In this document: piece after piece, positions 8,183 to 18,674 of the stretch
Layout: each line of letters starts with the position of its first letter
Position numbering within the stretch: position 1 is the first letter of the stretch
Source: Dehalococcoidia bacterium
GTDB lineage: Bacteria > Chloroflexota > Dehalococcoidia > Bin125
Direction: 5' to 3'
Length of the DNA stretch: 64,000 nt
NCBI GenBank assembly: GCA_963555985.3
Contig: OY820591.1
Location: 384,001 to 448,000 of the forward strand
Position numbers and translations under genes: made by a program
Notes under the pieces: model-generated
The model's database searches: none
The model's input: only the letters and a program-made list of their open reading frames with translations
Told to the model about the DNA's origin: nothing

Positions 8183-9337
8183 ATGCCCGAGCCCTTCAAA
8201 ATTGACGTGCCCGACACCGACATCCGCGACCTCAAGCGCCGGCTGGCGCAGACTCGTTGGCCCTCGGAGGTGAACGACTCCGGTTGGCAGTACGGGTCGA
8301 ACCTGGCCTACATGCAGGAGCTCTGCGAGTACTGGCGGACGCAGTACGACTGGCGGGTGCAGGAGACGTATCTGAACCGGATCCCGCAGTTCACCACGCA
8401 GGTCTCGGCGGACGGGGTAGAGGACTACACGGTCCACTACGTGCATCAAGAGGGCGTCGGCCCCGATCCGCTGCCGCTGGTCTTCACCCACGGCTGGCCG
8501 GGCACGTTCTATGAGGTGAGCAAGATTTTGGGGCCGCTGACCGATCCGGCCGCGCACGGGGGCGATCCGGCCGACGCCTTCACGGTGATCGCGCCCTCGA
8601 TTCCGGGTTACGGCTTCTCGCAGATTCCGACCAGCGGCGGCTTCGGGCAGAAGCGCACGGCGCTGCTCTGGGGCGCGCTGATGGAGCAGTTGGGCTACGA
8701 GCGCTACGGCGCGCAGGGCGGCGACTGGGGCGCGATCGTGACGGCGCAGGTCGCCTATCAGCACCCGGACCACTGCATCGGCGCGCAGATCAATATGCCG
8801 ATCGGGCGTCCGCCGGAGACCGACCCTGCCACCTGGACCGATCACGAACGCGCCGTTGCCGCCAAGGCCCAGCACTGGCAGGCCCAGGAGACCGGCTACC
8901 AGGCGATCCAGGGCACCAAGCCGCAGACCCTCGCCTACGGGCTGACCGACTCGCCGGCCGGACTGGCCGCCTGGATCACCGAGAAGTGGCGCTCCTGGTC
9001 GGATTGCGACGGCGACATCGAGAAGCGCTTCAGCAAGGACGAGATTCTGACCAACATCTCGATCTACTGGTTCGGCCAGACGATCAACTCGTCTACCCGC
9101 TACTACTACGAGATGCGCCAGAACCAGGCGGAGAACTTCCTACCCGGGCGGCTGGAAACACCGACCGGATTCTCGGTCTTCCCCGGCGAGATCATCACCG
9201 CGCCGCGCAGCTGGTGCGAACCCGGCTACAACATCACCCACTGGTCCGAGCACGACCGCGGAGGCCACTTCGCCGCGCTCGAAGAGCCCGACCTCCTCGT
9301 CGGCGACATCCGCGACTTCTTCCGGCCCCTCCGCTAG
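8183..9337 (+). CDS. Epoxide hydrolase 2
   Basis: HGWPGT, GGDWG, FPGE, GGHFAALE. Confidence 0.93.
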   Translation: MPEPFKIDVPDTDIRDLKRRLAQTRWPSEVNDSGWQYGSNLAYMQELCEYWRTQYDWRVQETYLNRIPQFTTQVSADGVEDYTVHYVHQEGVGPDPLPLVFTHGWPGTFYEVSKILGPLTDPAAHGGDPADAFTVIAPSIPGYGFSQIPTSGGFGQKRTALLWGALMEQLGYERYGAQGGDWGAIVTAQVAYQHPDHCIGAQINMPIGRPPETDPATWTDHERAVAAKAQHWQAQETGYQAIQGTKPQTLAYGLTDSPAGLAAWITEKWRSWSDCDGDIEKRFSKDEILTNISIYWFGQTINSSTRYYYEMRQNQAENFLPGRLETPTGFSVFPGEIITAPRSWCEPGYNITHWSEHDRGGHFAALEEPDLLVGDIRDFFRPLR

Positions 9338-9340
9338 GTT

Positions 9341-9395
9341 CCCTCTCCACCCGCACTGCGGGGGGAGATGTCCCCGAGGGACAGAGGGGGGTCCG
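9341..9395 (+). repeat. REP-like palindrome family A, copy 1
   Basis: CCCTCTCCACCCGCACTGCGGGGGGAGATGTCCCCGAGGGACAGAGGGGGGTCCG; recurs at 20812, 23172 and 58754 (reverse). Confidence 0.9.
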
Positions 9396-9408
9396 CCTCA
9401 CCCGAAAC

Positions 9409-10599
9409 ATGCACCCCTTCCAGATCCACGTCCCCGACGCCGACCTCGCCGAGCTTCGCCAGCGCCTCGGTGACATTCGCTGGCTGCCCGAAGTGCCGGG
9501 CAGCGAGTGGCTCTACGGGGTTGAGCTCGCTTTTCTCCAGGAGCTCTGCGAGTACTGGGCTACCGAATTCGACTGGCGCGAGCTCGAATCCGGTCTCAAC
9601 GCCTTCCCGCAATACCGCACGACCTTGACCGCCTGGAACGGCGAAGCGCTTGAGATCCACCTGATCCATCGGCGCAGCTCTCGTCCCGATGCGCGTCCGC
9701 TGTTGATCCAGCACGGCTGGCCCTCGAGTGTCTACGAGTTCTACAAGATCATTGACGCGCTGGCGGAGCCGGATGATCCCGCCGCGCCTGCCTTCCATGT
9801 CGTCGCGCCGTCGCTGCCCGGTTACGGCTGGTCGGGCATTCCCCAACGTGCCGGCATTGGACCGGCTGCGATCGCGGATCTGTGGATCGACTTGATGGCG
9901 CAGCTGGGCTACGAGCGTTTCCGCTATCACGGCGGCGACTGGGGCGCGGCCGTGGGCGGGCAGCTGGCGCTGCGGCATCCGGAGCAGATCGAGCAGATTC
10001 ATCTGACCGCAGCGGCGCTCGCGCCGGCGGGAGATGCGGCGAACCCCCAGAGCGATGAGGAGGTTCGCTTCTTCCGCGACGAGCAGGCGCCCTACATCCG
10101 CGATGACGCCGCGCATCGGGGGATTCACGGAACCAAGTTCCAGACGCTTTCGTTCAGTCTCTCCGATTCGCCGGTCGGCTTGGCCGCCTGGATCGTGGAC
10201 AAGTGGTGGATGCTGTCGGACTGTATGCGCGCTGAGGAAGCGCCGCGCGGGGGCGATGTTTATCGGCGCTTTACCCGCGACGAGTTACTGGCGACGGTCT
10301 CGATCTACTGGTTCACGCAGACGATCAACCCGTCGATGCGCATCTACCACGAGGTCATGCGACCCGCCGCCGCAATCGAAGCCGAAGTCGGGGGGCAGGT
10401 AGCGCTGCGCGAAGGCCAGCGCACGACTGTGCCGGCCGGGTTCGGCAAGCTGGTACGTGGCACCCCGCATCCCCCGCGCAGCTGGTGCGAGCGCGCCTTC
10501 AGCGTTACGCACTGGACCGAGTTTCCCGAGGGCGGGCACTTCCCGGCGATGGAGATTCCCGAACTGCTACTCGCCGATCTGCGGACGTTCTTCGCATGA
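9409..10599 (+). CDS. Epoxide hydrolase 3 (divergent)
   Basis: Start MHPFQIHVPD at 9409; HGWPSS, GGDWG, GGHFPAME. Confidence 0.9.
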   Translation: MHPFQIHVPDADLAELRQRLGDIRWLPEVPGSEWLYGVELAFLQELCEYWATEFDWRELESGLNAFPQYRTTLTAWNGEALEIHLIHRRSSRPDARPLLIQHGWPSSVYEFYKIIDALAEPDDPAAPAFHVVAPSLPGYGWSGIPQRAGIGPAAIADLWIDLMAQLGYERFRYHGGDWGAAVGGQLALRHPEQIEQIHLTAAALAPAGDAANPQSDEEVRFFRDEQAPYIRDDAAHRGIHGTKFQTLSFSLSDSPVGLAAWIVDKWWMLSDCMRAEEAPRGGDVYRRFTRDELLATVSIYWFTQTINPSMRIYHEVMRPAAAIEAEVGGQVALREGQRTTVPAGFGKLVRGTPHPPRSWCERAFSVTHWTEFPEGGHFPAMEIPELLLADLRTFFA

Positions 10600-11663
10600 G
10601 CGCGGTCGCGCGACACACGCTGCGCTGTCTCGATTGCGGCGCTCACTCGAATCCGTCGCTGCGGTTGTCGTGCCCCAACTGCGGCGGTCTCTGGGAGATC
10701 GAATACCAGCGGCTCCCGCCCGGCGACATTCGCTTGCCGGCGACGCCACTTCCACTGGGGGAGGGCAGTACACCGACAATCGCGTTCGACTGGGCGGCGG
10801 CTCGCTCGGTGCGGCTCGATCTCAAGCTGGAATTCCTCTCGCCCACCGGTTCGTTCAAGGATCGGGGCGCATCGCTGTTGATCGGCGCGGCCTGGGGCTT
10901 TGGCGTGAGTGAGTTCGTTGAGGACTCCTCCGGCAACGCTGGAGCGGCGCTCGCGGCGTATGGTGCGGCTGCCCGCATGAAGGCTCACATCTTCCTGCCC
11001 GCCGACGCCGCTTCCGCCAAGTTCGCGCAGATTGAGGCGGTTGGCGCGACACCTCATCCGGTTGCAGGCCCGCGCAGCGCTGCCACCGAGGCCGCCGAAG
11101 CCTTTGCCCGCGAGCAGGGTTTGCCCTTCCTTTCGCATAACCGCAATCCCTACTTCAGCGAGGGCATGAAACCCGCCGCGGCCGAGATTGTTGCGTATGG
11201 TCTGCCCGATTCGATCGTGCTGCCGGTCGGCAACGGTTCGCTCCTGATCGGTCTGCATCGAGGTTTCGAGGAACTGCGCCAGATTGGGACAATCGAGCGC
11301 ATTCCGAGACTCCACGCCATCCAGGCCAGCGCCGTTTCGCCGCTTGCAGCGGCCTACCGGAATCACGCAGCGCCCCCGCCGGGCGCGACGATCGCGGAGG
11401 GGATCGCGGTCTCGGAGCCGCCGCGTCTGGCGCAGATGCTGTCGGCGATTCGAGAGACGGACGGGTCGGCGACGGCGGTCTCGGAGTTGGAGATCACGAA
11501 CGCGCATCGAGAGATTGGGCAGCGCGGTCTGTACGTGGAGCCGACGTCGGCGGTTCCATTTGCGGCGCTGCCGCGTCTGGTGGAGCGTGGGCTGATCGGT
11601 GAGGGCGAGCGGGTGTTGATTCCGGTGACTGGATCAGGATTGAAGAGTCCACAGATACGCTGA
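10596..11663 (+). CDS. Second threonine synthase-like PLP enzyme
   Basis: CxxC...CxxC, LGEGSTP, PTGSFKDRG, DSSGNAG, TGSGLK; ATGA overlap with previous gene. Confidence 0.85.
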   Translation: MSAVARHTLRCLDCGAHSNPSLRLSCPNCGGLWEIEYQRLPPGDIRLPATPLPLGEGSTPTIAFDWAAARSVRLDLKLEFLSPTGSFKDRGASLLIGAAWGFGVSEFVEDSSGNAGAALAAYGAAARMKAHIFLPADAASAKFAQIEAVGATPHPVAGPRSAATEAAEAFAREQGLPFLSHNRNPYFSEGMKPAAAEIVAYGLPDSIVLPVGNGSLLIGLHRGFEELRQIGTIERIPRLHAIQASAVSPLAAAYRNHAAPPPGATIAEGIAVSEPPRLAQMLSAIRETDGSATAVSELEITNAHREIGQRGLYVEPTSAVPFAALPRLVERGLIGEGERVLIPVTGSGLKSPQIR

Positions 11664-11668
11664 GTTCC

Positions 11669-13864
11669 ATGCGGCGTGATGCGTGGCCCGACCCTGCTTG
11701 GTGGATCTGGCGTCGGTTGACGTCGGTCAAGTGGGCGATCGGGCTGATTTTGGCGGCGGCGCTGTTTTCGGCGGTGGGGGTGGTGATCCCGCAGGTGCCG
11801 CCGCAGCTTGCCGATATCCCCGCGCAGGTCGAGGAGCACATCGAGGCCCAGCGCCCCACTTGGGGCTGGTTCACCGACGTGCTGGCCGACTTCCCCTGGT
11901 TCTACGAGACCAATGGCGGCATCTTCAATCTCTACAAGCAGCCCTACTGGTACGCGGTAGTGGCGCTGGTGGCGTTGGCGATCTCGGTCTGTACGGTTAG
12001 CCGCGCTCCCCCGATCTGGCGCACCGTGCGGCGGCCGCCCAAGCGCGTCAATGCGGCCTATTTCGAGCGGGCGCGGCATCGCTATGCGGTAGATGCGCCG
12101 CCCGGAACCGATCCGGTTGCCGCGCTCAGCGCCCGTCTGAAGGCTGCGCGCTATCGGGTCGAGTCGATTGCTTCGAACGATGGCGCGACGCTGCTCTTCG
12201 CCGACCGCTTCGGCTGGGCGCAGTTGGCGACGTTCATCACGCATCTGGCGCTGCTGATCCTGCTCGGCGCGACGCTCGTGACCAAGTTCGCGGGTGAGGA
12301 GTACCAGTTTTGGGTGGCTGAGGGCGAGAGTCACCCGCTCTTTGCGCCGGGCGCGGAACGGCCGCAGGTGCAGATCATCGTGGATGATGCGGTTGCCCGT
12401 TTCGCAGACGACGGCCAAGCGCTCGACTTCCGCAGTCTGGTGCGCGTGGCCGAGGGCGGAACTGAGGTCGCGGGGGGCGATGTGACGGTGAACGGGCCGC
12501 TCCACGCTGCCGGTTACCGCGTGCATCAGGCCGCCTACTGGGAGCACGGCGCGGAGTTGCAGGTCTTCGATCACGGCAGCGGACAGCTGATCTACTCCGA
12601 AACGCACTTCCTCGACCAGCAGATCGTCGGCCCCCGCGTCCGGATCGAGCGCGGCGGCGCGCTGGTTTCAGAGGAAGTGATCGGCCTGGAGCACATAGTC
12701 GCGTTGCCGGACGACGCCTCGGAGGAGACGCTGGCTCGCTACGAGGGCGCGGGCTACACGCTGATCCCGCTGGATGGGGAACGTTCGTTGGCGATCGCGC
12801 TCGTACCTGCGCCGGAGCAGGCGGGCGGGTTCGAGTTTTGGTATCGGGTGCTTTCGCTGCCGCCGGATACGAGCGGCCTCACGCCCGCCGATCTTGGCAT
12901 CAACGCTGCGCCGCCTGAGGAACAGTCCTATGTTCCCCGTGCGCGAGTCATCATCGACGACGAGATCGCCTTTGAGGGGACGCTCACGCTGGATCAAGAG
13001 GAAGGCGCGGCCCGATTCACGGCGCTGCCGCTACCGGAGGGCGGTCAGTTGGTCGTCGGTTTCGCCGATGTGGAGACCGGCGAGCAGTTTTTCTACTACT
13101 CGCTCGTGAGCGCCGAAGATCGGGGCGAACTCGCGCCCGGCGAGCAGATCACGATCGGCGGCCTGACTCTGATCTACGAGGGCGCGGAAGCTGCGAGTCC
13201 GCCCCAGGGCAGCCTTGAGGTTGGCGAGACGCGGACGGTGGGCGCGGTCGAGATCACCTGGCTAGGCGCGGAGTCGGTCTTCTACAGCGTGCTGCCCGAT
13301 GTTCCGGGCGCGGATGGCGATGCGCTGGTGGCGCTGGAACGGTTCGGTCAGGCGCGAACTGCTGCGGTCTTTGATGCTCAAGGCGGCGAAGACGTCGAGC
13401 TGGCCATCGGCGCGACCAACCAGTCCAGCGCCGGCGGACAGGTCGGACGTCCCTCGCGGTTAGTGCTCGGTTTGGGCGGCGGCGCGGGGCGGATTGAACT
13501 GGACGAAGGACAGGAGATCGTCCAGAGCGGCTACCGCTACCGCTACGCGGGCCCGCGCGAGTTCACGGGACTGAACGTGCGCCGCGATCCGGGCGGGATC
13601 GCCTTCTGGGTGGGGATTGGGTTGGGACTGTTGGGCATGTCGCTCACCTTCTTCATGCCCCGCCGCCGCCTCTGGGCGCGGATTGTGGATGGTCGGGTGC
13701 AGCTGGCGGGTCAGGCCGGACACGGGGTCGATTACACGCGCGAGCTGGAGCGGATCGCCGAGTCGCTCAACGCAGACGAGCCACCGCCGCGCGGCCGTCT
13801 AGAGTGGAAACGGCGAGGCGTGAGCCGCTTCGAGGGCGACTACCGGGTTGCGAGCGACGAGTGA
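11669..13864 (+). CDS. resB: Cytochrome c biogenesis protein ResB/CcsB-like (long)
   Basis: LTSVKWAI..., VIPQ, ITHLALL, VNGPL, TGLNVRRDPG, FFMPRRRLW. Confidence 0.8.
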   Translation: MRRDAWPDPAWWIWRRLTSVKWAIGLILAAALFSAVGVVIPQVPPQLADIPAQVEEHIEAQRPTWGWFTDVLADFPWFYETNGGIFNLYKQPYWYAVVALVALAISVCTVSRAPPIWRTVRRPPKRVNAAYFERARHRYAVDAPPGTDPVAALSARLKAARYRVESIASNDGATLLFADRFGWAQLATFITHLALLILLGATLVTKFAGEEYQFWVAEGESHPLFAPGAERPQVQIIVDDAVARFADDGQALDFRSLVRVAEGGTEVAGGDVTVNGPLHAAGYRVHQAAYWEHGAELQVFDHGSGQLIYSETHFLDQQIVGPRVRIERGGALVSEEVIGLEHIVALPDDASEETLARYEGAGYTLIPLDGERSLAIALVPAPEQAGGFEFWYRVLSLPPDTSGLTPADLGINAAPPEEQSYVPRARVIIDDEIAFEGTLTLDQEEGAARFTALPLPEGGQLVVGFADVETGEQFFYYSLVSAEDRGELAPGEQITIGGLTLIYEGAEAASPPQGSLEVGETRTVGAVEITWLGAESVFYSVLPDVPGADGDALVALERFGQARTAAVFDAQGGEDVELAIGATNQSSAGGQVGRPSRLVLGLGGGAGRIELDEGQEIVQSGYRYRYAGPREFTGLNVRRDPGGIAFWVGIGLGLLGMSLTFFMPRRRLWARIVDGRVQLAGQAGHGVDYTRELERIAESLNADEPPPRGRLEWKRRGVSRFEGDYRVASDE

Positions 13865-13869
13865 GCAGA

Positions 13870-15525
13870 ATGAGCGGCGCAGTCGATCAACTTCACGGCA
13901 AGCTGTTCTTCGGCGACAACCTGGAAGTGCTGCGGCGCGACTTTCCCCACGAGAGCGTGGACCTGATCTACCTCGATCCGCCGTTCAACTCGAACGCCAG
14001 CTACAACGTCCTCTTCCGGGATGAGAGCGGCAATGCCGCTCCAAGCCAAATCCGCGCCTTCGACGACACCTGGCACTGGGGTCCGGATGCGGTGGATGCG
14101 CTGCTCGATCTGAACGGAACGCCCGCCGGCAATCTCCTGCACTCACTCGCAGAGTCAATCGGCGAGAATCAGCTCACTGCCTATCTCTGCATGATGGGGG
14201 TGAGGCTGGTTGAGCTGCAGCGTGTGCTGAAACCGAGCGGCAACATCTACCTGCACTGCGACGACAACGCCGCTCATTACCTGCGAATCCTGATGGATGT
14301 GGTGTTTGGCCCCACCCAATATCGCAATGACATCATCTGGCGGCGCGCGATCGCTCACAGCGATGCAAGACGTTTCGGGCGCATCACTGACCACATCCTC
14401 TTTTACAGCAAGTCCGATCAGCGCTATTGGGATGGTCGGGCAGCGGCGACCCCAAGATCGGACGAAGAATTGCAGTCCGCCTATCCGTCGGAGGACGAGC
14501 GCGGTCGGTATCGCAATAGCGACCTGACGGCCCAAGGAGTCCGACAGGGAGAGTCTGGTCAAACGTGGCGCGATTACGAGGTCACTCGCCGCCGCCGGCA
14601 CTGGAGTCCGCCCAGAACCGGTGCGTACGCCGAGTACATTGAGCGCGAGTTCATTCCCGGCTACCGCAGCATTGCCGGCCTGCATGATCGCTTGGACGCG
14701 CTTGAAGCTGCCGGTCTGGTGCGACATGCAGAACAAGGCGCTTGGCCCGGACTGAAGCGTTACGCCGAGGCCGACATTGGTCATCTCCCCCAGAATCTGA
14801 TCCTGCAACCGACCGGCTTCACGAACTTCAATGTGGGACGCGGGGAGCATCTCGGGTTCCCCACTCAGAAACCACTGGCGCTGCTCGAACAGCTCATCCC
14901 CGTTGCCTGCCCGCCGGGCGGGCTCGTCTTTGATCCGTTCTGCGGTTGCGGGACTACCCTTGAAGCAGCCGAACGACTCGGCCGGCGCTGGGTGGGAATC
15001 GATATCACGCATCTTGCGATCGGACTGGTTGAGGAGCGTCTTCTGCGCGCCGGGGCCGAATCCCACGTGATTGGGGCGCCCCAGGACCTTGTTTCGGCTC
15101 AGGACCTCGCCCGCCGCGACCCGTTCCAATTTGAGGCTTGGGCGGTGCAACGGTTGCGCGGCTTCCGCGCGAATCAACGCCAGTGGGGCGATGGAGGCAT
15201 TGACGGGCGGATGCGCTTTCGCAAGACCGATCGCCGCCGCCCGGACGGGCTTGCCGTTGCACAGGTCAAGTCGGGTCGGGTCAATCCTGGTGATGTGCAG
15301 GCGTTTCGCGGTGCGCTGGACGACGCCAATGCCGATCTGGGCGTGTTCATCACGCTGGACGAGGTGAGCGCCGGCGTTCAAGCCGCCGCGCGGCGTGCAG
15401 GACGGGTCGCCATCGGCGACCGCCAATATCCCATCGTGCAACTCTGGTCGCTAGCTGACCACTTCGCCGGATGCCCGCCGGAGCTTCCGATCCCCGCCGC
15501 CTGGGAGCGCCAGCGCCTGCTTTAG
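13870..15525 (+). CDS. N4/N6 DNA methyltransferase fused to Mrr-like endonuclease domain
   Basis: YLDPPFNS, PTQKP, DPFCGCGTT; C-terminal DGGIDG...QVKSG. Confidence 0.88.
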   Translation: MSGAVDQLHGKLFFGDNLEVLRRDFPHESVDLIYLDPPFNSNASYNVLFRDESGNAAPSQIRAFDDTWHWGPDAVDALLDLNGTPAGNLLHSLAESIGENQLTAYLCMMGVRLVELQRVLKPSGNIYLHCDDNAAHYLRILMDVVFGPTQYRNDIIWRRAIAHSDARRFGRITDHILFYSKSDQRYWDGRAAATPRSDEELQSAYPSEDERGRYRNSDLTAQGVRQGESGQTWRDYEVTRRRRHWSPPRTGAYAEYIEREFIPGYRSIAGLHDRLDALEAAGLVRHAEQGAWPGLKRYAEADIGHLPQNLILQPTGFTNFNVGRGEHLGFPTQKPLALLEQLIPVACPPGGLVFDPFCGCGTTLEAAERLGRRWVGIDITHLAIGLVEERLLRAGAESHVIGAPQDLVSAQDLARRDPFQFEAWAVQRLRGFRANQRQWGDGGIDGRMRFRKTDRRRPDGLAVAQVKSGRVNPGDVQAFRGALDDANADLGVFITLDEVSAGVQAAARRAGRVAIGDRQYPIVQLWSLADHFAGCPPELPIPAAWERQRLL

Positions 15526-15548
15526 GCCGCTCACGATAGGCTCGTGGG

Positions 15549-16490
15549 GTGCAGCTCCTCCCACTGATCATCAACATCAACATCAATCCCGTCCTGATCG
15601 ACACGGGCGGCTTTGAACTGACCTGGCACGGACTCTTCACTGCTGTTGGCATTGCCTTCGGCGTTTGGCTCGCGATTCGGCTCGCCCGCCGCGCCGCGAT
15701 CTCCGAAGACGACGCGATGTCGATTGCGGTCGTTGCCGTGCTCTCCGGGATCATCGGCGCGCGTTTGCTCTGGGTGCTCGAGCACACCGACCAGATCCGC
15801 AGCGTGGGCGACATCTTCGCGCTCACCGACGGCGGCATCTCGATCTACGGCGCGATGATCGGCGGTGTCGTCGGCGGATTCATCTACGTCACCCTGTTCA
15901 AGCCCAATTTCCCCAAATGGATCGCCCTAGACGTGGCTGCGCCGGGAATGATCCTCGGTCAGGCGATCGGGCGTTTCGGCGACACGATCAACGGCGAGCA
16001 CTTCGCCAAGATGTCAGAGCTGCCCTGGGCCTTCCGCTACACCCATCCCCAGACCGACGGCCCCTGGGCGATCTGGGAGGGTGGCCAGCCGGGCGACTCC
16101 TGGTTTCGCGGATCACTCGGGCAAGAAGGCGAAGCGCCGGTGCCCGTGCATCCGGTCGCGGGCGGCTACGAGCTGCTGCTCGATTTCGCCATCCTCGGCG
16201 TGCTGCTGTTGTTGAGGCGCACCAAGATCGGCGCGGGTTGGGGGTTCACGTTCTATGTCTTCGCCTACGCCGCCGTGCGCGGCGGACTCTCGCTGCTGCG
16301 CACCGACGAGGCCGGGATCGCAGGGGCGCTCTCGGTACCGCAGTTGCTCGCGATCGTGACCGGCGCAGCCGCGATCTGGATGGCGCTGCATCTGCTGCGG
16401 CATCCACAGTCGCCGGTTCCGCAGATTGCAACTGGCACGAAGCGCACGCTGCACCGGGTCTCACGGCGCGGCGGCATGGGCCGGGGTTAG
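15549..16490 (+). CDS. lgt: Prolipoprotein diacylglyceryl transferase
   Basis: WHG, IGARL, GGISIYG, GQAIGRFGD.INGE, HP. Confidence 0.88.
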   Translation: MQLLPLIINININPVLIDTGGFELTWHGLFTAVGIAFGVWLAIRLARRAAISEDDAMSIAVVAVLSGIIGARLLWVLEHTDQIRSVGDIFALTDGGISIYGAMIGGVVGGFIYVTLFKPNFPKWIALDVAAPGMILGQAIGRFGDTINGEHFAKMSELPWAFRYTHPQTDGPWAIWEGGQPGDSWFRGSLGQEGEAPVPVHPVAGGYELLLDFAILGVLLLLRRTKIGAGWGFTFYVFAYAAVRGGLSLLRTDEAGIAGALSVPQLLAIVTGAAAIWMALHLLRHPQSPVPQIATGTKRTLHRVSRRGGMGRG

Positions 16491-16531
16491 GGCAGTTGGA
16501 ACGACAGCTATCATGAGCGCAGGAGCCGACG

Positions 16532-17035
16532 ATGGCGGTAACGGCCAAGAATCTTGAAGATGCCTTGACGGGGGCGGGGGTTGAGCCGGATCTGGCTGCG
16601 TCGATCGCCGTAGCGATGCAGCCGTTCATCGAGAACGGCGGTGTTGCACAGGCGGAAGCAGCGAGCAGGGAACGCAGCGATTCTGACGAGGTTCGTCTGG
16701 CCCGGCTTGAGCAGAAAGTGGACGACCTCCGCGACCTGGTGATGGTCGGGTTGCAGAATGTCGATCGTCGCTTTGACGACATGGAGAAGCGGATCGACCG
16801 TCGCTTCGAGGATGTGGATCGTCGCTTCGAGGATGTGGATCGTCGCTTTGCAGAGGCCGAGAGACGAGAAGATCGTCGCTTTGAAGGTGTCGATCGTCGC
16901 TTTGAGGATGTCGATCGTCGTTTCAGCGATCTCAACAAGCGGCTCGATCGTGAGCGAATGGAACGCTGGGCGTTTGTCGTCGCAGTTGGCGGGTCGATTA
17001 CGGCCGCTTTGCTGCGCTTGTTTGGCGCGATCTGA
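16532..17035 (+). CDS. Membrane-anchored coiled-coil repeat protein (DUF1640/CCDC90-like architecture)
   Basis: Heptad VDRRFED repeats (21-bp DNA repeats), C-terminal hydrophobic tail ending LLRLFGAI. Confidence 0.75.
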   Translation: MAVTAKNLEDALTGAGVEPDLAASIAVAMQPFIENGGVAQAEAASRERSDSDEVRLARLEQKVDDLRDLVMVGLQNVDRRFDDMEKRIDRRFEDVDRRFEDVDRRFAEAERREDRRFEGVDRRFEDVDRRFSDLNKRLDRERMERWAFVVAVGGSITAALLRLFGAI

Positions 17036-17041
17036 GTAGCT

Positions 17042-17284
17042 ATGTCGGCTGTTCAGTTGGTGCTCTGGGTCAAGCAGGACTGCGGAGTCTGCCACGAGGC
17101 AGAGGACTTGATGGCCTCGTTGTCGGCGGCGCTGGGCTTCGACTGGCGGGTGCGCGAGGGCGAGTACGGCGATCGCGTACCGGTAGTGACGACCGCGAGC
17201 GGCGAGGTGTTGGCGGAGGGGCCGATCATTCCCGGCGAATTGGCGCGGCGGATTCGCGCGCTTACCGTTGCGGCTCCAGATTGA
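17042..17284 (+). CDS. Glutaredoxin-like small protein
   Basis: CGVC motif, YGDRVPVV. Confidence 0.7.
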   Translation: MSAVQLVLWVKQDCGVCHEAEDLMASLSAALGFDWRVREGEYGDRVPVVTTASGEVLAEGPIIPGELARRIRALTVAAPD

Positions 17285-18020
17285 TCGCGTGCAGACCGCA
17301 CTCTTTCTGCGTCGCCTCTTCCCACCACCAACGACCAGCGCGCTCGTGTTCGCCCGGATGCGTCGCCCGCGTGCAGGGTTCGCAGCCGATTGACTTGAAG
17401 CCGCGATCGTGGAGCGGGTTGTAGGGCACGCCGTAGCTCATGATGTACTGCCAGACCTGGGCGCTGCTCCAATTGGCGAGCGGATTGAACTTGACCATCG
17501 GATCGGACTCGCGCCCGAAGCCCGGGTCGAGCTGCGCTACAGGCAAGTCTGAGCGCGTGCCCGGACTCTGATCCTTGCGCTGACCCGTCACATAGGCAGA
17601 GACGCCCGCCAACGCTCGTCCAAGCGGCTCCACCTTGCGAATGCCGCAGCATTCGCCGTGACCGTCGCGGCGGAACGAGAACAGGCCCTTCTCGCGTACC
17701 AGCGTCTCCACCGCCGCCGCCTGCGGAGCGAAGACTTCAATCACCACGCCGTACCGCTCCCGCACCTGTTCAATGAAGCCCAGCGTCTCGCCGTGCAGGC
17801 GGCCCGTGTCGAGCGTGAAGACGCGAAAGCTCGTATCGAGTTTGGCAGCCTCGCGGCTGGCCATGTCGACCAGCACGACATCCTCCGCGCCGCTGAACGA
17901 GATCGTGAGGTTGGGGAAGTGCGCCAGAGCTTCGGCGATGATGTCCGAGGGGTGCGCGCGTTCCAGTTGCTCCGCCGCCTCTGTCACATTGAATGCAGTT
18001 GTGGCGGCGGATGTGCTCAT
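17262..18020 (-). CDS. cysH: APS/PAPS reductase (Fe-S type)
   Basis: [33 protein letters not shown]; start set at MSTSAA (18020). Confidence 0.93.
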   Translation of the reverse strand: MSTSAATTAFNVTEAAEQLERAHPSDIIAEALAHFPNLTISFSGAEDVVLVDMASREAAKLDTSFRVFTLDTGRLHGETLGFIEQVRERYGVVIEVFAPQAAAVETLVREKGLFSFRRDGHGECCGIRKVEPLGRALAGVSAYVTGQRKDQSPGTRSDLPVAQLDPGFGRESDPMVKFNPLANWSSAQVWQYIMSYGVPYNPLHDRGFKSIGCEPCTRATHPGEHERAGRWWWEEATQKECGLHAINLEPQR

Positions 18021-18060
18021 TGCGGGCGTTCCTCGCTGTTGCCGAGTGGGTGATGCTAGG

Positions 18061-18087
18061 TGAAATGCTACTATTTCAGTCAAGATT
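18061..18087. promoter_or_regulatory. Putative Rrf2 operator in the divergent cysH/Rrf2 intergenic region
   Basis: TGAAAT-N6-ATTTCA inverted repeat; ACTATTTCAGTCAAG resembles IscR-type sites; overlaps minus-strand TTGACT. Confidence 0.5.
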
Positions 18088-18143
18088 ATCCGCATCGCGC
18101 GGAAATCGGGCGAGCGTGGCGCGCAGAGAGACCTGTTCCGGCC

Positions 18144-18614
18144 ATGATGAAGCTCTCCAGCATCAGCGACTACGGCATTCGCGCCTTGGTCGATCTCGCT
18201 CAGCGCGACGGCGGCGATCCCACACCCGCAACCGAGATCGCGCAGCGCCAGGGCATCCCCAACTCTCTGGTCGGACAGGTGCTCGCGCGTCTGCGCGCGG
18301 CGGGGTTCATCGCCTCCGTGCGCGGCGCTCAGGGCGGACACCGACTCGCGCAGCCGGCAGACGAAATCCGGCTTGACGCGGTGGTGGTGGCGCTCGAAGG
18401 CCCGCTCGCAATCGCCACTTGCCTCGAACGCGGACAGAACGCCGATGGCCAGGGCAAGGCCTCCGAGCGCTGTACCGGGGCGGCCGCGCAAGTCCCGCTC
18501 TGGGACGATGTGCGCGCCGCCATGCTGGAAGTCCTGGCCGCTCGCAGCATCGCCGACCTGGCCCAGGACGCGGCCCAACTCAGCGCTCCCGCCGGTGGCC
18601 GCTACCAAATCTGA
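18144..18614 (+). CDS. Rrf2 family regulator (CymR/IscR-like)
   Basis: [27 protein letters not shown]. Confidence 0.9.
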   Translation: MMKLSSISDYGIRALVDLAQRDGGDPTPATEIAQRQGIPNSLVGQVLARLRAAGFIASVRGAQGGHRLAQPADEIRLDAVVVALEGPLAIATCLERGQNADGQGKASERCTGAAAQVPLWDDVRAAMLEVLAARSIADLAQDAAQLSAPAGGRYQI

Positions 18615-18674
18615 TGATCCCATCCACTCCGCGATCCGCACCGAACACCAACCCGCCAGCCAACGAGTAACCCC

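Noticed and set aside
8986-9408. N-terminal extension of epoxide hydrolase 3
   Set aside because: Overlaps the previous gene and a REP; family start is at 9409
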